A DNA stretch of 64,000 nucleotides, from NCBI RefSeq assembly GCF_018350175.1, contig NC_058368.1, forward strand, positions 43,836,001 through 43,900,000, written 5' to 3'. Positions within the stretch are counted from its first letter, which is position 1; the number at the start of each line of letters is the position of its first letter. This DNA comes from Felis catus (lineage: Eukaryota). The position numbers and the translations under genes are program-made. The notes under the pieces are model-generated. The model did no database searches. It was not told where the DNA came from and worked only from the letters and a program-made list of their open reading frames with translations. Below, in pieces: positions 38,347 to 53,532 of the stretch.

Positions 38347-38980
38347 AATCTATCAAAATTTTCAATAAAATATATCAAAACTTTATCAATCTCAAAATTT
38401 CAACAAAGAACACTCAACTGACATGCAAGCATTAATAAATAAAAAGAAGTATACTAATCTGTCTTGTATTTTTTCATTACCTAGTAAACATTTCATTAAA
38501 TAAACTCTCTACTAAGCATTGTTATTGGAGTAGGTGTTATAAAAAACACTTCCAAATCATTGGTTTGAGATTCAGTAAGGTGATTAAAATTTATTAAATT
38601 GACTGAAAAATATATAAATGTCTGTAATGTATACATGAGGATGTCTGGAAATCATGAAGCTCATTTTACTCCCATTGTACAGTGCATGGCAATGAAGTAT
38701 TATTAGAATTAATTTTTCAAAAACATGGATTACTGCCAGTAATTTTCCATGTACTTTGGGCATTTTGCTATTTTGTATAAAATTAATGAATGTAACATCA
38801 AAAAACAAATGATTTAAGTAGAATGTCAATAACTGTGGAAGGCTTACATAGTTTTAAGAGAATAAACTGTAATAGTATAGCTTATAATTCTGCCAAAGAG
38901 AGGTCAAATAAACACTAAATTGCTATCTATCTAGTTGCCAATCAGTTTTCTTCCCTGCTATGACTTTATCAGCTGTATAT

Positions 38981-41900
38981 ATTTTTTAGTTTTTGTGTTT
39001 GTTTTTATTATGAAATTTATTGTCAAATTGGTTTCCAGACAACACCCAGTGCTCATCCCAACAGGTGCCCTCAATACCCATCACCCACCCACCCATCCCT
39101 CCCAGCCCCCATAAACCCTCAGTTTGTCTCAGTTTTTAGGAGTCTCTTATGTTTCGGCTCCCTCCCTCTCTAACCATTTTTTCCCCTCCCCCATGGTCTT
39201 CTGTTAAGTTTCTCAGGATCTACATAGGAGTGAAAACATATCGAATCTGTCCTTCTCTGTATGACTTATTTCACTTAGCATAACACTCTCCAGTTCCATC
39301 CATGTTGCTACAGAAGGCCATATTTCATTCTTTCTCATTGCCATGTAGTACTCCATTGTGTATATAAACCATAATTTCTTTATCCATTCATCAGTTGATG
39401 GACATTTAGGCTCTTTACATAATTTAGCTATTGTTGAGAGTGCTGCCGTAAACATTGGGGTACAAGTGCCCCTACGCATCAGTACTCCTGTACCCCTTGG
39501 GTAAATTCCTAGCAGTGCTATTGCTGGGTCATAGGATAGGTCTATTTTTAATTTTGAGGAACCTCCACACTGTTTTCCAGAGTGGCTGTACCAGTTTGCA
39601 TTCCCACCAACAGTGCAAGAGGGTTCCCGTTTCTCCACATCCTCACCAGCATCTATAGTCTCCTGATGTGTTCATTTTGGCCACTCTGACTGGCTTGAGG
39701 TGATATCTCAGTGTGGTTTTGATTTGTATATTCCTGATGAGGAGCGACGTTGAGCATCTTTTTATGTGCCTGTTAGCCATCTGTATGTCTTCTTTAGAGA
39801 AGTGTCTATTCATGTTTATGCCCATTTATTTACTGGATTATTTGTTTTTTGGGTGTGGTGTTTGGTGAGCTCTTTATAGATTTTGGATACTAGCCCTTTG
39901 TCCGATATGTCATTTGCAAATATCTTTTCCCATTCCGTTGGTTGCCTTTTAGTTTTGTTGGTTGTTTCCTTTGCTGTGCAGAAGCTTTTTATCTTCATGA
40001 GGTCCCAAGAGTTCATTTTTGCTTTTAATTCCCTTGCCTTTGGGGATGTGTCAAGTAAGAAATTGCTGCGGCTGAGGTCAGGAGGTCTTTTCCTGCTTTC
40101 TCCTCTAGGGTTTTGATGGTTTCCTGTCTCACATTCAGGTCCTTTATCCATTTTGAGTTTATTTTTGTGAATGGTGTGAGAAAGTGGTCTAGTTTCAACC
40201 TTCTACATGTTGCTGTCCAGTTCTCCCAGCCTCATTTGTTAAAGAGACTGTCTTTTTTCCATTGGATATTCTTTCCTGCTTTGTCAAAGATGAGTTGGCC
40301 ATACGTTTGTGGGTCTAGTTCTGGGGTTTCTATTCTATTCCATTGGTCTATGTGTCTGTTTTTGTGCTAATACCATGCTGTCTTGATGATTACAGCTTTG
40401 TAGTAGAGGCTAAAGTCTGGGATTGTGATGCCTCCTGCTCTGGTCTTCTTCTTCAAAATTACTTTGGCTATTTGGGGCCTTTTGTGGTTCCATATGAACT
40501 TTAGGATTGCTTGTTCTAGCTTCTAGAAGAATGCTGGTGCAATTTTGATTGGCATTGCATTGAATGTGTAGATAGCTTTGGGTAGTATTGACATTTTGAC
40601 AATATTTATTCTTCCAATACATGAGCACGGAATGTTTTTCCATTTCTTTATATCTTCTTCAATTTCCTTCATAAGCTTTCTATAGTTTTCAACATACAGA
40701 ACTTTTACATCTTTGGTTAGATTTATCCCTAGGTATTTTATGCTTCTTGGTGCAATTGTGAATGGGTCAGTTTCTTTACTTGTCTTTCTGTTGCTTCATT
40801 GTTAGTGTATAAGAATGCAACTGATTTCTGTACATTGATTTTGTATCCTGCAACTTTGTTGAATTCATGTACCAGTTCTAGTATACTTTTGGTAGAGTCT
40901 ATCGGATTTTCCATGTATATCATGTCATCTACAAAAAGTGAAAGCTTGACTTCATCTTTGCCAGTTTTGATGCCTTTGATTTCCTTTTGCTGTCTGATTG
41001 CTGATGCTAGAACTTCCAACACTATGTTAAACAACAGCGGTGAGAGTGGACATCCTTCTCGTTTTCCTGATCTCAGGGGGAAAGCTCTCAGTTTTTCACC
41101 ATTGAAGATGATATTAGCTGTGGGCTTTTCATAAGTGGCTTTTATGATAATTAGGTGTGTTCCTTCTATCCCGACTTTCTTGGGGGTTTTTATTAAGAAA
41201 GGATGCTGAATTTTGTCAAATGCTTTTTTGCATCTATTTACAGGATCATATGGTTCTTATCTTTTCTTTTATTAATGTGATGTATCACGTTGATTGATTT
41301 GTGAATGTTGAACCAGCCCTGCATCCCAGGAATGAATCCCACTCAATCATGGTGAATCATTCTTTTTATATGCTGTTGATTTCGATTTGCTAGTATCTTA
41401 TTGAGAATTTTTGCATCCATATTCATCATGGATATTGGCCTGTAATTCTCTTTTTTTACTGGGTCTCTGTCTGGTTTAGGAATCAAAGTAATGCTGGCTT
41501 CATAGAATGAGTCTGAAAGTTTTCCTTCCCTTTCTATTTTTTGGAATAGGTCAAGAAGGATAGGTATTATTTGTGCTTTAAATGTCTGGTAGAATTCCCC
41601 AGGGAAGCCATCTGGTCCTGGACTCTTATTTGTTGGGAGATTTTTGATAACTGATTTAATTTATTTGCTGGTTATGGGTCTGTTCAAGCTTCCTATTTCT
41701 TCCCGTTTGAGTTTTGGAAGTGTGTGGGTGCTTAGGAATTTGTCCATTTCTTCCAGGTGGTCCCGTTTGTTGGCATATAATTTTTCATAGTATTCCCTGA
41801 TAATTGCTTGTATTTCTGAGGGATTGGTTGTAATAATTCCATTTTCATTCATGATTTTATTTCTTGGGTCATCTCCCTTTTCTTTTTTTTTTTTTTTTAA

Positions 41901-44900
41901 TATCCTTTTTCAACATTTTTTATTTATTTTGGGACAGAGAGAGACAGAGCATGAATGGGAGAGGGGCAGAGAGAGAGGGAGACACAGAATCGGAAACAGG
42001 CTCCAGGCTCCGAGCCATCAGCCCAGAGCCTGACGCGGGGCTCGAACTCACGGACCGCGAGATCATGACCTGGCTGAAGTCGGACGCTTGACCGACTGCG
42101 CCACCCAGGCACCCCTCCCTTTTCTTTATGAGAAGCATGGCTACAGGTTTATCAATTTTGTTTATTTTTTCAAAAAACCAACGCCTGGTTTCATTGATTT
42201 GCTCTACGGTTTTTTTTAGATTCTATATTGTTTATTTCTGCTCTGATCTTTATTATTTCTCTTCCTCTGCTGGGTTTAGGCTGTCCTTGCTCTTCTGCTT
42301 CTATTTCCTTTCGGTGTGCTGTTAGATTTTGTATTTGTTGTTTCTTGAGATAGGCCTGGTTTTTTCTTGTTTCTTGAGATAGGCCTGGATTGCAGTGTAT
42401 TTTCCTCTCAAGACTGCTGCATCCCAAAGCGTTTGGATTGTTGTATTTTCATTTTCGTTTGTTTCCATATATTTTTTAATTTCTTCTCTAATTGCCTGGT
42501 TGACCCATTCATTCTTTAGTAGGTTGTTCTTTAACCTCCATGCTTTTGGAGGTTTTGCAGACTTTTTCCTGTGGTTGATTTCAAGCTTCATCACATTGTG
42601 GTCTGAAAGTATGCATGGTATGATCCCAATTCTTGTATACTTATGAAGGGCTGTTTTGTGACCCAGTATGTGATCTCTCTTGGAGAAGGTTCCATGTGCA
42701 CTCGAGAAGAAAGTATACTCTGTTGCTTTGGGATGCAGAGTTCTAAATATATATATCAAGTCCATCTGATCCAGTGTATCATTCAGGGACCTTGTTTCTT
42801 TATTGATCCTGTGTCTAGATGATCTATCCAATATTGTAAGTGGGGTATTAAAGTCCCCTGCAATTACCACATTCTTATCAATAAGGTTGCTTATGTTTGT
42901 GAGTAATTGTTATATATATTTGGGTGCTCTGGTATTCGGCGCATAGACATTTATAATTGTTAGCTCTTCCTGATGGATAGACCCTGTAATGATTATATAA
43001 TGCCCTTCTTCATCTCTTGTTAATGACATGTAATGGAGATGGCTACTCCAGCTTCTTTTGACTTCCAATAGCATGATAGATAGATCTCCATCCCCTCACT
43101 TTCAATCTGAAGGTGTCCTCAAGTCTAAAATGAGTCTCTTGTAGACAGCAAATAGATGGGTCTTGTTTTTTTATCCATTCTGATACCCTATGTCTTTTGG
43201 TAGGCACATTTAGTCCGTTTATATTCAGTGTCATTATTGAAAGATATGGGTTTAGAGTCATTGTGATGTCTGTAGGTTTCATGCTTGCTGTGATATCTCT
43301 GGTACTTTGTCTCACAGGATCTCCCTTATGATCTCTTGTAGGGCTGGTTTAGTGCTGATGAATTCCTTCAGTTTTTGTTTGGAAGACCTTTATCTTTCCT
43401 TCTTTTCAAATGACAGACTTGCTGGATAAAGTATTCTTGGCTGCCTATTTTTTTTTCTGTTCATCACTTTGAAGATTTCCTGACATTCTTTTCTGGCCTG
43501 CCAATTTTCAGTAGACAGATCCGTCACAAGGCTTATCGGTCTCCCTTTATATGTTAGAGCATGTTTATCCCTAGCTGCTTTCAGAATTCTCTCTTTATCC
43601 TTGTATTTTGCCAGTTTCACTATGATATTTCATGCAGAAGATTGATTCAAGTTATGTCTGAAGGGAGTTCTCTGTGCCTCTTGGATTTCAATGCCTTTTT
43701 TCCTTCCCCAGTTCAGGGAAGTTCTCAGCTATGATTTCTTCAAGTACCCCTTCAGCACCTTTCCCTCTCTCTGCCTCCTCTGGAATACTAATTATCCCTA
43801 GATTATTTCTCTGTAGTGCATCACTTAGTTCTCTAATTTTCCCCTCATACTCCTGGATTTTTTTCTCTCTCTTTTTCTCAGCTTCCTCTTTTTCCCAAAT
43901 TTTATCTTCTAGTTCACCTATTCTCTCCTCTGCCTCTTCAATCCAAGCTGTGGTTGTCTCCATTTTATTTTGCAGCTCATTTGTAGCATTTTTTAGCTCC
44001 TCCTGACTGTTTCTGAGTCCCTTGATCTCTGTAGTAATAGATTCTGTGCTGTCTTCTATACTTTTTTCAAGCCCAGTGATTAATTTTATGACTATTATTT
44101 TAAATTGATTTTCTGCTGTATTGCTGAAATCGTTTTTGATCAGTTTGTTAGCTGTCATTACTTCCTGGAGGTTATTTTGAGGGGAATTCCTCCATTTTGT
44201 CATTTTTGATAGTCCCTGGAGTGGCGGGGTAATGCAGGGCACTTCCCCTGTGCTGTCTGGAGTAACTTTGTTGGTCGGCAGGGCCGCAGTTAGACCCGAT
44301 GGCTGTCCCCAGCCCACTGCTGGGGCCTCAGTCAGACCTGTGTGTACCTTATCTTCCCCTATCCCAGGGGCAGGACTCTGTGGAGTGGTGTGGCCCCTGT
44401 CTGGGCTACTTGCACACTGCCAGGCTTGTTGTGCTGCTTTGATGGGGTCTGACCAAGGGTATATTAGCCGGGTTGGATCTGCAAGGTGCACAGGGGCAGG
44501 AGGGACAGGCTTTGTATAGGTGGTCCCCTGTGGGAAGGGCCCTGCAGCACTGGGAGGGAGGCAGGCCCTTCGGAGGGATGGATCCACAGAAGCACAGAGT
44601 TAGGTGTTTGCACGGTGAAAGCAAGTTCCGTGAGGGGAACTGGTTCCCTTTGGGATTTTGGCTGGGGGATGGGCGAGGAAGAAGGCACTTCCCAGCACCT
44701 TTGTTCCCCGCCACGCTGAGCTCTGTCCTCTGGGGCTCAACAACTCTCCCTCCCGCTCTCCAAGCAGAGCTGTTGACTTATAACATTCCAGATGTTAAGT
44801 CCCACTGGCTCCCAGAACACATTCTGTCTGGCCCCTCTGCTTTTGCAAGCCAGACTCAGGGGCTCTGCCTTGTCTGGTGGGCTGGCTGCCCCTCCACCAC

Positions 44901-45120
44901 CCTGACTCCCTCCCACCAGTCTGTGTTGCGTGCACCGCCTCTCCACCCTTCCTACCCTCTTCTGTGGGCCTCTTGTCTATGCTTGGCTCCGGAGAGCCCG
45001 TTTTGCTAGTCTGCTGGTGGTTATAGGGGTAAATTAGGCAGATGTGGGTGGAATCTAAGTGATCAGCAGGATGCAGTGAGCCCAGAGTCCTCCTATGCTG
45101 CCATCTTCCCTTCGCACCTC
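38981..45120 (-). mobile_element. Full-length felid L1 with disrupted ORF1 and ORF2
   Basis: TSD tatcagctgtRtat (38967 / 45121); GC-rich 5' UTR 44200-45120; ORF1 remnants 44200-43390; ORF2 remnants (NINGLN, GDFNTPL, LFVDDMI, C-terminus at 39213). Confidence 0.96.
41886..42115 (-). mobile_element. Young felid Can-SINE nested in L1 ORF2
   Basis: CpG-rich body; TSD tcccttttcttt. Confidence 0.95.
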
Positions 45121-45274
45121 TATCAGCTGTGTATTTTGTATAGGGATAATTTCCTTTTATTTATTTTATAAGATTTTTATTAAAACATATTTAGATAGTG
45201 AATCATCTTATTTAAAAATACCCTTAGAAGAAAATTTCTTATTATTTTGGGTTCTGGGACCCAATTACAATATG

Positions 45275-46120
45275 TGTGAGTGTAAAGGAGAATTTAACCA
45301 CACCAACAAGCAATGCTGATACACCAGCTGAGTGTAGTCAATTCTACTCAATTCTGATACTATCTACCCAGTATTTTCATCATATTCTACAGGTTAAAGG
45401 CTCAGTCATATAAGGCTCCCCACCATCTCACTTTAAAGCTAGTCTCAAGCCCAGGATATAACCTATGCTTCTGACTCACTGGCTACAAATTGGAAGCTTC
45501 AACAATCCACTCCAATTCTGAATGTCAATTCCAAGTCCAGGCCATCACCTGTACTTCTGACCTACCAGCTATAAATTGGTGGTTGCCACTACCCCCCCTA
45601 CAGTGGCTCACAGAACTCAGAGAAATACTTTACTTATTAAATTATTTACTTATCATAAAAGGATATAAGTCAGGAATAGCCACATGGAAGAGTAGAAAAG
45701 GGCAAGTACATGTGGGGCAAGAGCTTCCACACTCTCCCCAATCATTCCACTTTTCCCAAATCTCCATGTGTTCCCCAAATAAGAATCTCTTTGAATCCTG
45801 TCGTTTTGGGGTTTTATGGAGATTTCATTGATTAAGTCATTGGTCATTGTTGATTGAACTCAATCTCAAGCACTTATCCTCCCCCTGAAGGCTGAGGAAT
45901 GGAACTGAAAATCCCAACCTCTAATCACATGGTTGGCTCCACTGGAAGCTGATCACCATCCTTAGGCTTTCCCAAAGTTACTTCATTAGGATGATAAAAG
46001 ATACCTTTATCATTCTCCATACTTTGGAAATTGCAAGGGTTTTTAGAGCTGGAAGCCAGGAATTGCATAGGAAGACCAAATAGATAGAAATATATATTTC
46101 TCTTTTAAATCACAATATTA
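45275..46120. mobile_element. MER21-like LTR
   Basis: cacaccaacaagcaat...acaccagctgagtg...caattctgatactatctacc...caggttaaagggctcagtc...aaatcacaatat. Confidence 0.7.
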
Positions 46121-47354
46121 AACTTACACTATTGTTGTTTCCAGTATATGAAACTATAATTAATTGAGGACTATTCAGCTAAGATTGGTTTTCTTTGGGT
46201 AAAAATAGAATCTCAGTAAACATTTATTTTTTTCTTTTCTCTATCATCTATGTACATATTTACTGAAAATCTTATTTCAGAGTATTATGGGTTAAAATGG
46301 ACTTTATAGATTGTCCTATTCATTTTACTTGTAATTTGATTTCAAATAAATATAATACTTTGGAATATGAACTTCATAAACAAGTGAAAATATAGTTTTG
46401 TATAAATTTAATATTTCTAAAAGTATTCAGCTAAAAAAAGGTTAGGTTTAGGAGTCTTCTATTTTTCTAAAGAGTAGTCACTCTACAGTAATAAACTTTA
46501 CTACATTTCCTACCAAATGCCCTTTGTGTGAACTCATTTTTAGAGGATGATAGACCTTCACCTTTCCTGTGGGATTGCTAATAGTATCAAGAAGAACAAA
46601 GAACTTTTACCCTCTAGATCTGCTGGGACTACTGCTCTCTCCTTGTTTCATCAGAGGTGAGGACTTGTCAGTAGCACATTTAATCAGAGGCCATATCAAG
46701 AATATATTCTGTGTCCAAAGTAAACCTAAAATCTCACTCTAAGCTTTTAAATAGGTTATCGGACTTTACTGGTTGATAAAGAATTGTGACATTTCTTCTT
46801 ATTGTGGGAGTATTGAGCCACAATACGATATAGCTTTAAAATAGAATAGTATAGACGAAAAGACTACTTTTTCAAAACTGAATATAAAAATCAGTCAATT
46901 GCCTCACATTTTTAAAGCCTTGCTATATTATCCATTACAGTAAAATATTTACATGCACTGAGTGATTTAATTGTCATAATAGCCAGTAAGGAAGATAAAA
47001 AAAAATTGAGACGATAGCGAATTTAAAAATTATTTCCAACTTTTGAAGAGAGTGAATGATCCAAAATTTGAAGCCAGGACAGTAAACTAATTAAACTAAG
47101 TAACTAATTAAAGACATTACTTTAAAATTTTAATTTTAGTATGTTTAAAAGTAGTCATACATAAGAAGTCTAAATATTTTAGCATGATTGTTTTTTTTAT
47201 TACCTTGGATTTACCTTAATAAAAAGAGTGCCCTGAGGTTAATTTTGGTGTAAAATACTCCTCAGACTAGGCCTGTTTGTACAAGGCATAGTTGTACAAG
47301 TTGTCCTATTAAAGTCATTTAAAAGGACTCAAAGAGAGAAAATAGAATACAGTT

Positions 47355-47394
<40 letters not shown>

Positions 47395-47849
47395 AATAAT
47401 GGCTAATAAAAACTGGTAAAAAAATTTTTAAAACAAAAATTTCAAGAAATAATGAGATGTTATATTAGAAAAATAAACTAAGTTAATAAAATATAAAAAT
47501 AAACATGTATAGAATTTAAAATTTGAACTAAATTAGCTGAGAATGAATATGTGTCAAATTTTTTTCTGCTTTGTATTTGGCATTTCGTATACATGGATTA
47601 TGTGTTCTTTGTGTAATTTATTCTATGACTTTTCCCTGTTGTTACAACTATTTAAAAAAAAACCTGAACAGAAACACTTTAAGTTCTATTACATATCTTG
47701 ATATTAACACATTTTTATCTCTTGATTTATTAATTTTTATTTTCTTTTAACCTGACTATACAATAATTTGTTTTGTTGTTGCTTTTTAAATTATTATTTA
47801 AATATCTTCTATAAGATTGTTTATGAAATCTTCATATTTTCTTTTCCCC

Positions 47850-47893
<44 letters not shown>

Positions 47894-48661
47894 AATTTTA
47901 TAAACACCTTCCTCCTGTTTTAATTTGATTTTTTTTCTTTTTCTAATTTACTTAAATGCTTTTGTTTCTTGAAATGATTTCAATGCTTAATTTAAGTCCC
48001 AAAGTCAAGACTATACAGAGCTCAGTATAAGCCAGTCCATGATGAATAATAATTCTTCATGATTTACATTTACTTTTGCCAACATTCTTCAAAGTTCTTT
48101 TGCCTGTCTGAATATTTCTGATGGCATTCTTTGATGTTCTTATTCTCCTTACTCCCTTTTTTGTTACTTTCAATGTGCCTTTACTTTTCTTAAACCTTTC
48201 TTTCCTTTACAGTGCTAGGTGATTATGCTGTGATTTTTCTTTTACTGTTTATTGTAAGTAACATCTCAATTCAAAAATTCAATAGTTACTTATTAGGTCA
48301 TTTGATACCATGGAAAACTTTTGGCTACATTTTTAAAAAAGTTATGCTCATTTTTAAAAATGATAGTGGTCATTTAAGTCAATTTGCTTCCTATTAATTT
48401 CCTTCTTTATTTTATGTCTATTTTTAGCTTCCATATCTTTTCACTGCTAATCATTATTCATGTTCTAAAAAGGAACCAGGAAAATGCTTTAAAATATTCA
48501 CATGATCTCCATGAATAAAGTTATGTTTGTGAGTCTCTCTGTCTTTGTTTTGGTCTTCCATCTTTCATCTTTCTGCCTCTCTCTGTCTCTCTGTTTCTCT
48601 CTGTCTCTCTATTTATCTGTATTAGTATCTATAATCTACATCTATATCTATACCCATATCC

Positions 48662-48697
<36 letters not shown>

Positions 48698-49240
48698 TCA
48701 GCCTTTGCTTTCTGGTAATAACAACTATCAGTAACAGAGTTTAACATTCACAGTTATCCCTCTGCCCTGTCAAATGGATAATCTTCCATTTTATCATCCA
48801 CTAGCTCCTCCCTACTATTCCATTTGGTCAGATCCATTCATTCTGATCTATCTGTTCAAGTGATGGGGGTTTCATTTTGTTTTTCTACTATTTCTAATTA
48901 GAGTATTCTAATTTGGAAAATTCTCTACTCAGTATTTCGTTATTTTTAAAGTATAGGATATCAACACTGCATCATCTCATATTCTGTAATACATTTTTTT
49001 CATTGAATTTGGCATTTTTCTTCCTATTCTTATATTCAGTATGAGAGTTTGTCCTACTGCTCATTAAGATGGAATTGCTGTTTATGTTCAACTCAGTTTC
49101 ACTGGACTCAAAGAAGAGATAATGCTATCGTAATGCCATTATTTTAAACACAGATTTTTTTTCCAGGTTTTGTACATAGCAGAGCAGCTCTCTCACTGCA
49201 ATCTATTGAAAGTCCGCAACCTAACAGTTTGTTAAATTCA

Positions 49241-49401
49241 AAAAGAAGAAAGGAAGGAAGGAATGAAGGAAGGAAGGAAAGAAAAGGAGGGAGAGAGGGA
49301 AAGGAAGGGAAGGGAAAAGAGAGAGAGAAAGAAAGAGGAAAGAAAGAAGAAAGGAACGGAGGGAAGGAGGGAAGGAGAGAGGAAGGAAGGAAGAAAGAGA
49401 A
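49241..49401 (+). repeat. Purine-rich (GGAA/GAAA) low-complexity tract
   Basis: Seen directly. Confidence 0.95.
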
Positions 49402-49520
49402 GGTAAACACAGAATTTTTTTAATAAAATTTACTTGCATCTTGGAATCTCATTAATTCTACACTATTTCTTTCCACATTTAAAATAAATATATTGACCCT
49501 TTCCATATAAAAAGTATTCT

Positions 49521-49722
49521 GGGGGCGCCTGGGTGGCTTAGTCGGTTAAGCATCCCACTCTTGGTTTCAGCTCAGATCATGATCTCAAGGTATGTGAGTT
49601 TGAGCCCTGCATGGGACTCCATGCTGACAGTGCAGAGCCTGCTTGGGATTCTCTCTTTCCCTTTCTCTCTGCCACTCCCCTGCTCTTTCTCTCTGTCTCT
49701 CAAGATAAATAAATAAATAAAA
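49521..49722 (+). mobile_element. Can-SINE
   Basis: Head and tail present; TSD aagtaYtctg. Confidence 0.93.
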
Positions 49723-50345
49723 ATGTTTTTTTAAGTACTCTGTGATGTGAAAAATGGGTAAGATACAGTTCAATTCCTTAAGTTGCTCACAATTTACTCA
49801 GAGAGAAGAATATACAAACATCTAATCACAATACATGTCAGAATGTGAGAAGGTCTAAAACTCATAATTGATTAAAGTATAATGTGATTTGATACAATAA
49901 AAAGAGGACTGTTGAAAGGATCATATTTCTTTTTGAGTTATGGAATTATGACAGCACACCATAAATACCCTTTTCAGGCAGATTAAGTTATCCTCATTAG
50001 GTTAAAATAGTTCACTTTAGATTTACAGTGATCTGGAAACACTGCTGTTGTATCGCTCTGAATATTGTAAATTATTCATGAATCAGCACTTTTTATGTTA
50101 AACTGAAGTTGTGCTATTGTCTGAAATATGGCGATAGTTAATCCCTTACAGTCACAGGACTTTCTCACTAACCCTTTCAGTGTCATTTTGATTATGTCTC
50201 AGTCACATATTAACAAACTAGTATATCTGTGCTTTATGCAGGTGAAGGACCGTGATCAATATTTGTTGACATTTTTGGCTTGTCATATAATCACCAAATT
50301 ATATTAATTTTAATAAATGAAAATATAAATCACTTTATGTTAATT

Positions 50346-50558
50346 TAAAACATTTAATGTTAATTTAGTTTTGAGAGAGACAGAGACAGAATGGGAACGG
50401 GGGAGGGGTAGAGAGAGAGGAAAACACAGAACCCAAAGCAGCTTCCAGGCTATGAGCTGTCAGCACAGAGACTGGCACAGGGCTTGAACCCATGGACCAT
50501 GAGATCCTGACCTAAGCTGAAGTCAGATGCTTAACCGACTGAGCCACCCAGGCACCCC
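50346..50558 (-). mobile_element. Can-SINE
   Basis: TSD actttatgttaattt. Confidence 0.93.
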
Positions 50559-53311
50559 ACTTTATGTTAATTTTTAAAATATCTCTTAATTTTGCTCTGC
50601 TTTAGGGTCCTCATGAAGAAATATCTAAGTGTGAATTTTGTTTACAGACTTACTCTTTTATATATTTATATTATTGCCAAAATATATTGTGTGGCTTTTT
50701 CTGAAGACATATTATATTACATACACAAATGTTGATGTTTTTGTTGTTCAGCTAGTAAACATTTCTTTTTATCACATAGCTTCATATTTTTAGTTAAAGT
50801 TCCATTTTTTCCCAAGGCAGCATAGAAGATGCAGTTTATTGCTCTCTCAAATGCCCATCACCCACACAAAGAAATCACATACTTAATTTCCAAGGTATTT
50901 TACACCACATATTTTATGTTAATAATACAGATGACTGTAAGTACATTATTCTGGAAAAGAAAGACTGATAAATGTAAGAAATCTTAATGACAAAAGTGAG
51001 GTGACTATTAAGAGCAATAGATTTTATTTTAATAAATGCAGTTGCCATAGTTGAATAATTCAGGACTCCCAACACGCATTTTCTGTTGATTAGTAACAAT
51101 ATAAAGAACTATTGAGCATTTCCTACCTACACTGTAATTACCACTCACCAAAGATTAGAGAACAAAGAAAAAACTTTCTGTGTCTTATTAAAGTAGGAAA
51201 AACAGACACTAAAGAGAATACGACATATAATTAATCATATATTTGTAATTGTGCAAAGAGAAAGTGTCTTTTAAGCTGAACCAGAAGGAAAACAGGAACT
51301 GAATGAGTGAAGATTTGGATAGGAGGGAGTAAACATTTTAGATATACAACATATGGGGAGGTTGAAAACTGGATGAGAACATCAATATCAAAGACCAGAA
51401 AGAAACTTAAAAAGAGTGAATCATAGAACAGAGGAGATCATTGTCACAAAATGAGGTTAGATAAGATGGTCATGGCTATATCATGTGACACATATATTTA
51501 TGTTGTGGACTCTATCTGAAGAATTTTAAGTTGGGAAGGGTAAAAATCCACTGTGCATCATCTCAATATTGCTGTATTTACGGCATGTATTATAAATTAC
51601 TAGGTTGCTTAGCTGTAGTGTGGGCAAGCAGATGAACAGTAGGAAATAAAAATTCTAAAAGTTGGTAGATGAGTATAAATTTAGAAAGATGGAAATTTTG
51701 AGGTAAATTCCTTAGTTTCTGGATGGTCAACTTTGAAGAACTACTAATTTTTTCTGAATTGAGGAACACCAGACATTTTTTTTCTTTTTACAAAAAAGGT
51801 CTTATATCCTTTTTAGAACATTGCTATTCTGAGAAACAAATGAAATGCTCAAGCAGAGATTTATTAAATAAAAATATTTATTGATTAGCCATTGAGTATA
51901 AGAGTTGAAGGTCCATGAAACATGCAAAACGGCTCTCACAGAAGTTATAATTAAGTGAGGAGAACAAACAATATAAAACAAGAGTAGTTGGGTATAAGTG
52001 CTATAAAAAAATTAGATAAGAGATTCAAGGGAATAAAGGCTGATAGTAATAGCTGTTTTAGAGAAGGCAGATCAGAGAAGGCCTCTGAGCAAGCAGCTCA
52101 GGGACAGCTGTGAGTGGGGGAGAGATGAGCTTTCCAGAGAGCAAAGCAAATGCCTTGAAATGATGAGTTTGTGGATGGAAATAGCTGACTTCAGAATAAA
52201 ATTGATTTCAGAATTATTGGCTTATATCTGGCAAGTTCAGTCTGTGGATTAAATGATATGATTCAAGGATTAAGCCTGAAAATTGAATTCTGACACATTT
52301 TCCTATTTAATGCCATAATTAGTCTCAAAAGATGTTAAAGTTCTTCAGGATAAATATTATAGTCACTGCTTCATTTAAGGTCCTGCAAGACAACTAGACA
52401 CACTTTGGAAAAAAAGAAGAGCTTTTTAGAAAATTATGGACTGGGTTATTTATTAAAGCACACTCTTTCCAAGTCAGGCCATGTAAATTTAGTGTTAATC
52501 CATTATGTTGTTGTTGTTGCTTTCTGTTGTTATTTTTGCCACAACAGGAGAAGGTATCCTGAACCTGTCATGTGTTGGTTTCAGACATGGGTTCACCTGA
52601 GATGCTAAACAGTTTTCAGGCACGAAAGTGGTGCTGCCATCCTCCGGCAAGGTGGAGGGGGACATGTCTGTGTGTTCAAAGGGTTCAGTTAGTTTTGGAT
52701 TTCAGTGTTCTTGACTGCATTCACCAGATATTATCCTTCAAAGTCTCAGAGACTCTACTAGACATTAACTGTGGTGGAAGAGGCTTCCTATGCTGCCCAT
52801 TCAACATTATCTGGTTTTCATACATTACCTTCTGTTCTTGATCTTCATCAGTGTGAATGTGTCATTGGTACTGTAATTACTGTAGCACTTATAGTGAATG
52901 CTTGCATTTAGTTTCTAGCAATATCTTCTCTGAAACTCTAAGAAATCTAGGTCTCCTTCATAACTGCCATAAAACAGGTTTCTCTGATTTTTTGGTTCTC
53001 AAGAACCCCTAAAAGTAGGTCATAATTCTACTGCCACCTCAAAATCCAGGTACAGGAGTCAACCATGGGGGCATGGTGCAGACAGAATAACTAATCCCTG
53101 TGCATATGCTCACTTACCTTTCAAACTTTTTCTCCTCCTAAACAGTTTGGGGGTCGTACTTTCTTTTTTTTTTTAATTTAAATTTTAGTTAGTTAACATA
53201 CAGTGCAATATTGGTTTCAGGAGTAGAATTCAATGATTCATTCCTTGAGCTGAGGGGATATTTCTCAGGAAAAATTCTGGGTATATTATTTACTTTTAAA
53301 ATATTTATCCA

Positions 53312-53490
53312 AGGATGCCTGGGTGACTCAGTCAGTTGAGTGGCCAACTTTAGCTCAGGTCAAGATCTCATGGTTCATGGGTTCAAGTCCCGAGTACGGC
53401 CCTGTGCTGACAGCTCAGAGCCCCTCCCCTGCTCGCACTCTGTCTCTGTCTCTCTCAAAAATGAATACACATTAAATTTTTTTTAAATAA
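53312..53490 (+). mobile_element. Can-SINE with an internal deletion
   Basis: TSD taaaatatttatcc; the segment after ctcagagcc is missing. Confidence 0.9.
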
Positions 53491-53532
53491 TAAAATATTT
53501 ATCCTTAAACATGGATCTTTGATACTTAATTT

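Noticed and set aside
43688..45009. 299-aa and 178-aa ORFs as novel genes
   Set aside because: Explained by L1 ORF1 plus the GC-rich L1 5' UTR
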